From Anthoceros angustus (Eukaryota; Plantae; Anthocerotophyta), in assembly GCA_010909165.1 (NCBI GenBank), contig VJWM01000209.1, positions 269,411 through 333,410 of the forward strand: a stretch of DNA of 64,000 nucleotides, in the 5' to 3' direction. A program made the position numbers and the translations under genes. Of the stretch, positions 21,561 through 33,149 are shown one piece after another. The stretch's first letter is position 1, and each line of letters begins with the position of its first letter. The notes beneath the pieces were generated by a model. That model saw only the letters and a list, made by a program, of their open reading frames with translations, searched no databases and had not been told where the DNA came from.

Positions 21561-22499
21561 ACATTAAACATGCAACCACTGGTTGCATGTTTAACTAATG
21601 GCAACCCCATTGGGTTCCACGGAGACAAGCTGCAGAACATAATTCTCATCTCAGAACAGTGTCCCCATGACACACTAGCAACTCAAGAATGCAAGGACTG
21701 CACAATGAGATTGATTCACGAGCAAAGTCAGCCCAATTCTGCAGTCCAGCCTTGCTTTTCGTCAGCAATTTCCCATGTCCTGAGCACAGCTTAACTGCCC
21801 GCTGTTTAGGAACTTTGTAGGCACTGCCATTTACCGTCCAGGTCAGTCCACCGACCCTGGCCTGGCTGCTGTAGAGGCCGTGGGTTAGGGCGCGTGGAGA
21901 GGACGCGTTTGTGAGCGGCCTAGTCATGTCCATGCACCTCCGACAGCGGTCCCTGAATGATGGCCACAGCGAAGGCTGAAGCTTCTTTTCTTCTCTTTGC
22001 AGTTAGTTGGCTTTCAGGCGGGACCCAGCAAATTGGTGTGGTACAGGGATTCAACGAGGAGCTCCTGCTAACCTCAGCTTAGGGAGTCGACTTCTGGCAA
22101 GCAAAGCCTCCAGGTGCAGCAGTGTAAGGAGCCCAGTACTTCCACTTCCGAGAAAGTGTGTGGATAGGACGGGTTTTCCAGCTACGGTCGTTGCCAGGAG
22201 CAAGAGCACTTGTGGCAGCAATTTTTTCTGGACCCTACCCTGTGGTGGGACAACAGACGAGGTAAGAAGAGCGCCCGTTCCCCTGACTTCCAGCGTAAGG
22301 GATCCGGCGAGGTGCTGTGATTAAGGAACATGTTTGAGCCAGCTTGGGTTGATGAGCACCTCATGTGCATGGATCTGCAGATGGAACATGGTGGTTCTCC
22401 TTCCGAGTCCAGCTCCCGGATTTCCCAGTCTCCGTAGTACATTGTATCTAAAACTGTGTACAGAAGGATTTGGTTGTGGGGCATCGAGTTCATGATCTC

Positions 22500-23340
22500 A
22501 TTCTCCTAAAATCATTAGGAGAATGAGACACCCTCAATATCTATATTACATCTAGAGAAATTTGATGATCATATATATATATATATAGCATATCAATAAT
22601 CCTTACAATATATCTAATATATATATTATAATTATATATAATTATAAAATATTTATAAATAGTATAAAATATACATATAAAATATTATAGGATAACATGT
22701 ATGACTTCCATAACAAAAATAATCTATATTGAAAATATCATCATACGTAGTTTATCTTCATAACATGAATAAAATAATTGCATGAAAAACATTATGATTA
22801 CCTTGTGACAAACACTCCTCAAGAAGAATGTTATTTCATGTAAGAACCTTAAAACATCCATAGAGGTATGAACATATGATAAATACGTGCATTAAAAAGA
22901 ATACTTTTATTAAGCCTATATCAGAAAAATTATCATGTTAGTATGAACTATATGCATATGCAAGCCATGTGAATTTTGATATCTTAATTTACTAGCAAAA
23001 ATTATACATAAAAATATATGTGATTTATTTTTTACACATATATAATATTCAATATACTAATATTCAGTTACTCATGGTTACTTGTGACATGCATATGGAC
23101 TCCATATAAAATGTTACTATATGTAAACTACATGGTACCATCACAGGACATGATATCAGACTCATATCAAACACATCATGACTTAAGAAGTGTATTTATG
23201 CATACAATTCATATTATCACATACAAATGTCATATCCTATAAATATGGAATTATTATAAAATAATATCACATTAGAATTATAGGAAAAGTATATGATAAC
23301 TACAAACTCAAATAATATGAAGATTTTATGTTTTTTATAT
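22500..23340. other. AT-rich non-coding spacer with a short (TA)n tract near 22571
   Basis: Composition only; no credible ORF. Confidence 0.6.
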
Positions 23341-23364
23341 ATTGTGGATTCCATATGGTTACAG

Positions 23365-23551
23365 TGTGAAAAACGTGGCCCTTCAATTTTGTGATGGCAC
23401 CTTGCTGAAGAGTCGTGTCCCTTGAACTCCAACAGGCACAAGCCTTCACACGAACAGCCTAAGTGCTGAGACACAGATGTGACACACTACTGAATACGAT
23501 TATATGTTCCGATCACTCCTATGATCGTGCATACGCTCATCCGCTTTTATA
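23365..23551 (+). repeat. Probable short 5' LTR of Copia-2
   Basis: Directly upstream of the PBS. TGTGAAAAACG...CGCTTTTATA are imperfect inverted ends (CA end possibly deaminated to TA). No second LTR in the window to confirm. Confidence 0.45.
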
Positions 23552-23753
23552 TGGTATCAAAGCAGTACCATCGATCCCATAGCCGGGCGTAGAATGCACT
23601 GCTACTTGAGACAACTCTGGACAAAGGATGAGTTGCTCAACAAAACAGCAGATGACAATTTTCAATCCGTTGCATCCAAGAGGCTAAATCCTAGGACCCA
23701 TACCTGCTTTCACCTGTACGTTTGCTTCCCTTAATCAGGCAGACTTCTGTACG

Positions 23754-24062
23754 ATGGGGTCCTCCGATTCCGTTAGCAAACTGGTGAATTTCTTCGATGG
23801 GTCCAATTACCCCTCTTGGAGCAGGAAGATAGAGGTGTTTCTCTTGCGAGAAGACCTCTTTAGTGTTGTTGATGGCACCGAAAAGCGCCCTGCCACTCCA
23901 CCTGCAACCCCAGGCGGAACAATAAACCACACACCTACGAGAGGACCCGGCTGCAAGTTAGACTGGACCTTAAGGACATAAAAGCTCGTGCAAATCTGAT
24001 GCTTTACATGAGAGATGCACAGATGAACGTTGTGAGGCACCTACCGACTTCCAAGGAGGTCT
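23754..24062 (+). pseudogene. Copia-2 gag N-terminus (DUF4219/UBN2-type), interrupted
   Basis: ORF 23754-23981 plus a frameshifted continuation DIKARANLMLYMRDAQMNVVRHLPTSKEV. Confidence 0.88.
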
Positions 24063-25499
24063 CACTACAACAATACATGCCCACTTAACACGTATTTATT
24101 CACGCCTAATTGACGGATTCGAGGCAGGATTGACATGCGCTCTGGTAGTTTCCGGTATCATTCGCACATCTTAGTGAGAACGTGAGACTCGAGGGGAATG
24201 ACACAAGAACCCTTCCTCGCCCGAACGCCTTAACCCGTGGTCCGTGCTTTCAATACCCATCCGCGCTGGACCGGTAGGCTGGGCTCCGTCCCCCCAAACG
24301 GGCTGGCAACTGCTGCGTGACCCGTTCGCCTGGCCAGAGGAAGGCCGCGCTTATGCATGGCGGAGAAAAGCCCATACCACCCCTGCACACGTTTTCGTAC
24401 TATCGATCTATGATTTTGTTGTGATTCAAATAAAATTAAGCTTTACGCAGGGTAGGCAAAGTACGTTTAAATGGAAATGAGATAATTGCTTACATTCCAG
24501 GCGAAGGGTCAGGCCGGAACCATGGCCCGATGGGAACGGATCTACCACGATTCTCCTGAAATTTCTCGCCTTTTTCGTCGTGCGCTTCGCTCACACACTG
24601 GAGCGGCTCTGGGCTGACCACGGGCTCACCTGTACAGGCTTAAAAAGCGTGGGGTTTGTTTTCAATTTCCCACATTCGCCGTACCCTCATGCAACCCGAG
24701 CTTGCATAGCACGCCCGGCCGAGGTTGGTAAATTCCAGATACGGTGTTTTTCGCATAACCGAGTTCATCGAGTGAGCATGGCAAGCGTCACGGGATTCAA
24801 TTTGAAAAGAGCAAAGCCATGGTCTGGCCCTACAATAATGAAGTTTGGGCACGACTTAGCACCACAAAATCGCGCCCAAACAAATGCCCGAATTCCACAC
24901 AACGGGGCCCTCCAACGGCCGAAATGGGTCCTGTATCAAAAAACTTTGCTCTACTTGTGGCGATGTCGGAATGGAGGGACGTCCCTCTTTGCCGCTTCTC
25001 TTTGCGGCTTGTTCCACGCCTCCGACGGCCTCTTCTTTCTTCTGTGTCAGTGTTTTGGCTTTGATGATGCTTGGCTGCGTTTGCCATGTTCCTCCGCACC
25101 GCGATCCAATGCCTCACACGCCGAACACCATCGGAAAAATGTACACGCACACCACACATGTACATATCATCATCCAACAGCTTACCTCGCTGATTCTGAC
25201 TGACGGTGTCCTGCGTCTCTTCCCCACTACCTGACCAGAAGGCTCTGTCGTTGGTTCCAGCTGCGAATAGAGCAAACAATCCACATTGCATAGGCCTGGA
25301 CTGTCGTTCCCAGTTCCCTCTATCCCAGGAACTCGCACCACCACATCCTCCGATGCTGCCAAGCCACACATAGTAGGTAAGTGACATCACAAGGCTGCGA
25401 TTGAAACAATTGTGCCATGTCCAAACATTGTCCACATGAACAGACAAAAGATTTTCCGCTTGCCTGCATCAACATTTGTCGTGACCTGCACATTCCAAA

Positions 25500-27300
25500 A
25501 ATCCTCCATGTCATTTACAGAGTGCGTCGCAGCTCACTGAGCCTCCTCCTTTGATGGCATCGTAGCCCACTTCGCCACAAATGCCATTCGGATGGGCTTC
25601 GCGCCTCGGCCCGAATGGATTAGTACTGCATCAGTGCTTCGCACGAGCATCCATGCCTTCTTGGCACCGCCACACCCCTTTCCCTCGAGCTAGCTCTTGC
25701 ACTCCAGCCTCCACTGCCTTCCTCCACTCCGAGAAAACCACATTCCCAGGACGCAGGTGTCTCTCGTAATCGCCCTTATTCCTTACCTGCTCTGCTGCCT
25801 CCTTCACCCGTGTCCTTACGAAATAGTTGCGCGAGCGCAGGCAAGCGGAAAATTTCTTCCGTATGAAATCCAAGTTCTTGATGTGAGGAAACTCCCCTGC
25901 AACCAAGTCCATGTAGAGTCTAATCGCCGCCTTTCCAACTGTGCCCCATTTTCATCCGTGTGATGACCAACTCATGAACGCGTTTGCCGAACGCATCCTT
26001 GTCATCCTCTCTTCCTCGTCCAAACATTCCCCCCCGGCCAGCTGCACACTGTGCGCCCATGACCTCCACCTTCAGCAATTCTGCTGAGACCTCGTCCTTC
26101 CCATGGAGGAGTGCAAGTGCTTTCAATGCTTCTGATAACGGAACCTCGTCCAGCCGCTTCAAAACCTCATGTTCCTGGTCCGCGACCGTGGCATCGGTGG
26201 CTCCCCCTCGGCAGCGGCCATGCGGCGGTGCCATAATGGGAGAAAACGCTGCTGCACTCCCGAGTCTTCCTCCGCGTGGACTTGCTCCAAGGGAGGCAGC
26301 CCGTCCTCTGAGTCTTCCTCCAATGGAAGCGGACTGCCTCCTTCACCCGTGTCCTTACGAAATAGTTGCGCGAGCAGTGGAAAATTTCTTCCGTATGAAA
26401 TCCAAGTTCTTGATGTGAAACTCCCACGCAACCAAGTCCATCAGTAGTCCGTTATGCGTCTTGCGTTTCCAAGCTGTGCCCCATTTTCATCCGTGATGAC
26501 CAACTCATGAGCAGCGTTTGCGCATCCTTGTCATCCTCTCTTCCTCGTCCAAACATTCCCCGGCCGGTACAGCCGCTTGACCTCCACCTTCAGCAATTCT
26601 GAGACCTCGTCCTTCCATGGAGGAGTGCAAGTGCTTTCAATGCTTACGATAACGGAACCTCGTCCGCCAAAACCTCATGTTCTGGTCGACGTGGCACGGT
26701 GGCTCCCCCTGGCGGCGGCATGCGGCGGTGCCATAATGGGAGAAAAGCAGCTGCTTGCACTCCAGTCTTCCTCGCGTGGACTTGCTCCAAGGAGGCAGCC
26801 TCCTCAGTCTTCCTCCAATGGAAGGACCCCTCCTCCTCGCTCCCATATCTGCAGTCATCCTCCAAATGCACCTCCTCGAGGCCCCTCCTCGGTTCCCTCC
26901 ACATAGCCATCTTGCTTGTGTCAGAATGATGAATCATCGAGTCAAATACAACCGCTGGTACCGTGATCGTTGAAGGCAAAAAATACCGAAATGAGGCAAA
27001 ATCAAGCACCTTTGATGCAAGGTCCGGACTACAGCTTACCTCATTCCAGCCATGGCTTGGATTCCACACGATGACACTTCCTCCACGCTCTGATTTGAAC
27101 AAAATGCCGCGCCCTCTGCCCTCACACCATCCGGGTGACTCGAGCCTACGTCATTCCCCGGGATGATTGGCAAGACGATGGGTTCGACGATGTCGAGGTG
27201 GTGTATGATGCCGATGGCGGCTTTGTGTTTGTTGGGTTAGGTTGAGGTACAACATCGGCGTAGCTTGAACACAAGCATAAACATGGCGATTACAAGGTGC
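25500..27300 (-). pseudogene. Second CACTA ORF (TnpA-like / plant transposon protein), degenerate and partly duplicated
   Basis: Lies downstream of Tnp2 on the same strand. Open stretches 25631-25912 and 25920-26234 (LDFIRKKFSACLRSRNYFVRTRVKE...WRKAVEAG). Assignment is by position, not by a clear motif. Confidence 0.4.
25795..26830. repeat. Tandem duplication TD4 (period about 539 bp)
   Basis: CTGCCTCCTTCACCCGTGTCC at 25795 and 26334; CCTCCT microhomology. The second copy has many more small deletions. Confidence 0.9.
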
Positions 27301-27426
27301 TGACTCATATTAAAAGCCACATCCGGCTTGAATTACAAAGCCACATCAAATCGCTTTGCATGGGCAGACTGATTGGGGCCCCAGCTGGCCCATCAGACAT
27401 GTTGTGCTGGTGACTGGGCTCCGGCC

Positions 27427-29820
27427 AGGCAAGAGGCACGGTCGGCCCCTTCGTGCAATTCTCCTTGTGCGCCTTGGGCTGAGAATTGCTTGTCATGATT
27501 GCACTTGAATGGATGACCATGGTTGAGTCCCGTTCGAGTCTAGATATAGTCCGCAGTCAATGAGGAGTAGTGACCGTGGTCAAAGAAGCTCCTCATTTTC
27601 CGGTGATACCACGCCACCATAAAACCTGGATCTTGGACGGCGGATCTAGTCTCGTGGCTCGGCTTCTGCTACATGCTAAGATGTTACTCCGGTGGTGTGT
27701 TGCGACCCAATCTTTGAGGGACTCAATCATCGCCCATTGACCACGGTTTGGTTTTGACTCGGCTTCTCTTTAAGATGAATCGGCCATTGATGCATTGATC
27801 TCCATTCTTGGCAGAACCCAGAATCGATGCGATGGAGGATGAGGAGGCCCAGTCTCCTCGATGGCGACTGCACGTTGTTGCACGAACAACAACAGAGGAC
27901 ATTGAGCAAGCACGCACTCAATATTCACTTCCATGGCCAAATGCTTCACCAGATCGCCTTGGAGATGGAACCGATGAAGCGGAAAGTCCAGAAGATGGGT
28001 TCTACAGTCGCGACACCGTGATCCGCCTCTTCAACTTTTGCATGGATTGTGTGATTTGCTCTATGCCTTTCAGGCCCTCAGACATCACCAGATGCCCGAG
28101 GCACAAGAAGTTGGTGGCTTAAATGCCGGCTGTGACCAGAATCCGCTTCTTCCAAAGCAGGCGTTTGGGTGGCAAGCCAAGCAAGCCATCACCACCTGTG
28201 ATGGAAGGTTTGCATATAGTTTTCATCATTCGGAAGTTTTCACATTGCACCTATTGTATGTTATCGATTTTCCAAAATACCTAATCCCATGCTCCTATTG
28301 TATGTTATCGATTTTCCAAATTACCTAATCCCACACGGCTTGACCTGATTTGGTATTGGAGTGCATATCATCCACCTCCTCCCCGCCACGGCATGATGTC
28401 GGGGGTACAAAAGGCGACATGTATGGGGAAGGTGTATGGGCCGGTCTTGTGGTCCCGGCGATATTGGTATGGTTTCCGGTGTCAATGTTGTAAAGCCCTT
28501 TGAAATCCATCTCCATGGACCTTTGGCCTCCTAGTCATGCCTCAAACCAATCCACCTCAAAAATGAAGAAGCTAACGTTTCCTTCCTCACCGCAACCTCC
28601 GATTAGGCAAGAGGCACGGTCGGCCCCTTCCAGGCAATTCTCCTTGTGCGCCTTGGGCTGAGAATTGCTTGTCATGATTGCACTTGAATGGATGACCATG
28701 GTTGAGTCCCGTTCGAGTCTAGATATAGTCCGCAGTCAATGAGGAGTAGTGACCGTGGTCAAAGAAGCTCCTCATTTTCCGGTGATACCCTGCCACCACA
28801 GCCTGACGGATCTTGGACGGCCAGATCTAGTCTCGTGCCTGCTGTCTCTGTGCTAACTGATGTTACTCCAGCTGGTGTGTTGCGACCCAATGCTGGGGAC
28901 TCATCAATCATACGCCCATTGACCACAGCGTTTGGTTTTGACTCGGCTTCTCTTTAAGATGAATCGGCCATTGATGCATTGATCTCCAGTCATGGCAGAC
29001 CCGGGCTTACCTGAATCGATGCCAGTGGAGGATGAGGAGGCCCCAGTCTCCTCTGATGACAGCACCGAGTTGTTGCCTGAACAACAACAAGAGGACATTG
29101 AGCAAACGCGCACTCAAATCGCAGCCATGCAGCTTCCATGGCCAAATGCTTCACCAGATCGCCTTGGAGATGGAACCGATGAAGCGGAAAGTCCAGAAGA
29201 TGGGTTCTACAGTCGCGACACCGTGATCCGCCTCTTCAACTTTTGCATGGATTGTGTGATTTGCTCTATGTTTTCAGGCCTCGACATCACCAGATGCCCG
29301 AGGCACGAGAAGTTGGTGGCTTCTGCCCGACTGTGATGAATCCGCTTCTTCCAAAGCAGGCGTTTGGGTGGCAAGCCAAGCAAGCCATCACCACCTATGA
29401 TGGAAGGTTTGCATATAGTTTTCATCATTCGGAAGTTTTCACATTGCACCTATTGTATGTTATACGATTTTCCAAAATACCTAATCCCATGCTCCTATTG
29501 TATGTTATACGATTTTCCAAATTACCTAATCCCACACGGCTTGACCAGCAGTTTTCGCTGGTATTGGAGTGCATATCATCCACCCCCCCCCCGCCCTGGC
29601 ATGATGTCAGGGTGTACAAAGGCTTGGCTGACATGTATGGGGAAGGTGTATGGGCCGGTCTTGTGGTCCCGACGATATTGGTATGGTTTCCCGGTGTCAA
29701 TGTTGTAGAAGCCACTGAAATCCATCTCCATGGACACTGGCCTCCTAGTCATGCTGCACTCAAACCAATCCACCTCAAAAATGAAGAAGCTAACGTTTCC
29801 TTCCTCACACGCAACCTCCA
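27427..29820. repeat. Tandem duplication TD5 (period about 1178 bp)
   Basis: AGGCAAGAGGCACGGTCGGCCCC at 27427 and 28605; both copies end CGCAACCTCC. The first copy is the noisier one. Confidence 0.92.
29449..29534. repeat. 41 bp direct repeat, two copies (also present in the TD5 duplicate near 28250-28335)
   Basis: CCTATTGTATGTTATACGATTTTCCAAA(A/T)TACCTAATCCCA at 29449-29489 and 29494-29534. Confidence 0.9.
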
Positions 29821-30549
29821 GTATATCCCGAATCTGGCCGAAAAATTCCTGGCCTGCCACGTGGCCGTCCATGGCAAAATTGCCGTGAACCTAACTGTCA
29901 CATGTGGCTCGCCAGGTTTCGTCCGCCTGCCTGGTGCGGAAGTGGTACCCATGGGCCTCGAGGCCACGATATGACATGACCTTTGTACGCGGACCATATG
30001 CCAAGGCCCTTATGACATGGGCGTGATCCAGCCCATCGAACCCGCCTGCATCAGCCGTTTCCAGGGCCCATGTCATGAAGTCACAGGTATGTGGACCGGT
30101 CGCAGTGCACATTTGTCGGGCTAGCTCCATTGTTGCTGAATGAGACAATAAATACCAATGAAGGCGTGTCCTGTTGTCTGCACTAAGCCCTTTTTTGGTA
30201 CCCTTGCCAATAGGCCGCTCTCCCTCCGTGTTCGATAATTTCACCCAAACAAGTGTGCACGACTTGGGTGCATAGCTCATATACTCACGAAGCATAGTGC
30301 ATGGCCTCCATAGCCAAATAACCTGTTGCCATGCTCCCTTCCGGACGAGCTCTTTGCCGCACATGATTTTTCAAGACTTGCATATATCGCTCAATTATAT
30401 ACATCCACCGACAATGTACGGTACCATGTGTCTCTACTTCGTCAACTAGATGTATTATGATATGTTGCATGATATTCCAGAACAATGATGGCATATGGCA
30501 TTCCAGGTCTACGACCGCATCAATGGCTTCCTGTTTTTTCATTGGTATG
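29540..30549 (-). pseudogene. CACTA Tnp2 C-terminal part: DUF4218 and DUF4216 domains
   Basis: HIIIHLVDEVETHGTVHCRWMYIIERYMQVLKNHVRQRARPEGSMATGY; LAYGPRTKVMSY...GYHFRT; FFGQIRDILEV...FEVDWF...FTFP-like PYTFPIHVSQAF. Confidence 0.93.
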
Positions 30550-31288
30550 TGTGGAGTGTAACCTTGTGTCCCGGGACACCGTGAGGTCCACATTTACCCT
30601 CAATGTCGTCGTAGTCTTGGGATTCGCTCCCAAGGGAATGATTTGTGCCAAGAGACGCTAACTTCTATCGTTACTGACCTTTACCTAAGTTAGGACTGTT
30701 CCTGCTATTCCTCCTCTCACCTATCTTTTCGTCTACTACTACTTTCCAACTTGTCTAACTACCACGGATCTTTTCCACGACCTCAAACTTATTCTACGAC
30801 CTCCGTTCCCGAGCTACTACCGCGGTGGCTCTTACCACTACCGGGTAGTTACTACGACCACCGAGGTGGGTCCCACACCAAACCCTAGCGACTCATCTCT
30901 GGCGCACGGCGCCACGGGTCCCTATCATGGGCGGCTACCGCTGCTTCCAGATCAGGTTTTATTCTGCACCCCACACTCCGTACTCACACACACATCGATT
31001 CTTAGGGACCAACGTTCCACAGATCCCTCTCAACCGCTTCACACACACACACAGGGGCCGCCTTCACACAATTCTGGAAGGAATGATATTTCCTCTTGTG
31101 CTCACCTTCACGAACAGCTCCGTTTTGGGATCCTCTCTGATCTGCGCAATTTCCACTGTTAGTCGCTTAGTTAGTTCTCTTCCTCAACTTCTCCACACTG
31201 CCTTACACCTCGCATCGCGTACAGTGCTCAGCCACTCTTTCTTCTCCTCCTCGATCCACCTCCTCCACTTTTCTCTCTTTCATCACGC

Positions 31289-33073
31289 CCTCAGGCTTCC
31301 ATTCACACACACCACATACACTCTTAATTTCGGAACACAGCCAGCAGAAGGAAGGGTAAGGGGAGGAAGAATTCTCAAGGCCACAGGCACAGAGCAAGCT
31401 CCGACCCGCGCCAATCCCTCGATTTTCCCCTCCTCGGTCGTGAGGATGCTCACTCACCTCCCTCCGCCTCTGGAGCAAGCTCGACCACCCCTAGGCGTCT
31501 CGCACACCCTACCTCATCGATCGGACGTCTCCAACCAGCCACAGGCGGGGATCTCAACCAAATTATCTCGCCGAGGGGCACACGCCCTCTTATACATCGG
31601 ATGGGCGCCATGCCCTGATTTTTAGGTCCCAAGATGGCCATCATGAAGGCGCACCCACAATTCGGGCGATCTTAGGTCCAAGCAAGATCCTAACCAAATC
31701 TATCCTTAGGATGCTATCACCTATCTCGCCACGCTTATCGCGCCTCCTCGACTTGGCCGGCCTTCGTCCTCCATCGCTGCCACGAGCCCTCCCGCCACGC
31801 CCGATCCGACAGTTTTCCACAATACTTCCACCTCACCACCGCTGGACGCCCCTAATTTGAGGTGTATCGCCTGAGCTTCCGCTTGCCGCCTATTGCCGAG
31901 GATTATTACGGTTCCTCGTCCACCCAAGCTGGACCTCCTCCTCACTTAACTCCTCCAAAGTCGCCTGATAATAGGGGGCCAACCCCACACTGGGCGCAGG
32001 TAGAAGTATGCACTTCGAGTCCTCACTTGCAGTAGGTAGGCCCTGATCCCTCCTATTTCCACACGCACATGGATAGTGAGGTTAAGCACTGCCCCATTCA
32101 CATATAGACCAGAACATAAGTTTCCTCATCCATGTGCCGCAACATAATAGGACCTCCTCGCAGTGAGGTGCTTACCCCTCCTCGGGCTTTCATTCACACA
32201 CCACATACACTCTTAACGGAACCGTGGCGAAGGAAGGGTAAGGGAGGAAGAATTAGGCATCCGCCGGGCGTGCAGGCAAGCTCCGACCGCCCGCGCCAAT
32301 CCCTCGATTTCCCCTCCTCAAACTGAGGATCGCTCACTCACCTCCCCTCCGCCCGTCTGCCGGAGCAAGCTCGACCACCCCTAGGCGTCGCACACCCTAC
32401 CTCATCGATCGGACGTCTCCAACCAGCCACAGGCGGTGTGGGGATCTCAACCAAATTATGCTCTGGGAGGCTGGTCGCCCCTCTTATACATCGGATGGGC
32501 GCCATGCCCTAGATTTTTAGGTCCCAAGGTGGCCATCATGAAGGCGCACCCACAATTCGGGCGATCTTAGTCCAAGTAATCTTAACCAAATCTATCCTTA
32601 GGATGCTATCACCTTCTCTCACGCTTGTCTGCTGCGCCCTCCTCGACTTGGCACAGCCTTGTCCTCCATCGCTGCCACGAGCCCTCCCGCCAGTCAGCGG
32701 GTTTCCCTGATACTTCCACCTCACACGCTGCTGGGCGTCCTAATTTGAGGTGTATCGCCTGGAGCTTCGCGTCTTCCGCTTGCCGCCTGTGAGGATTATT
32801 ACGGTTCCTCGTCCACCCAACTGGACCTCCTCACTTAACTCCTCCAAAGTCGCCTCCGCATAATAGGGGGCCAACCCCACACTCAGGCGCATGGTAGAAG
32901 TATGCACTTCAGTCCTCACTTGCGGTGAGTAGGCCCATCCCTCCTATTTCCACGCACATGGATAGTGAGGTTAAGCCACGCGTTCCCCATTCACATATAG
33001 ACCGAATATAAGTTTCCTCATCCATGTGCAACATAATAGGACCTCCTCTGCGGTGAGGTGCTTACCCCTCCTC
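31289..33073. repeat. Tandem duplication TD6 (period about 891 bp) inside X1
   Basis: CCTC(A/G)GGCTT...CATTCACAC at about 31289 and 32180; CCTC microhomology. The homologous X2 element has a single copy. Confidence 0.9.
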
Positions 33074-33149
33074 CGTGGCTACACACAGTGGCTTGGCTCA
33101 TGTCCTCGCGAGGCGCCACGTCGCATCCTCGCCGCCCGCCTCTGGCCGC

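Noticed and set aside
16402-23340. Helitron or Pack-element boundaries around the host-gene fragments
   Set aside because: I found no convincing A|TC start, hairpin-CTRR|T end, or TIR/TSD pair; the carrier remains hypothetical.
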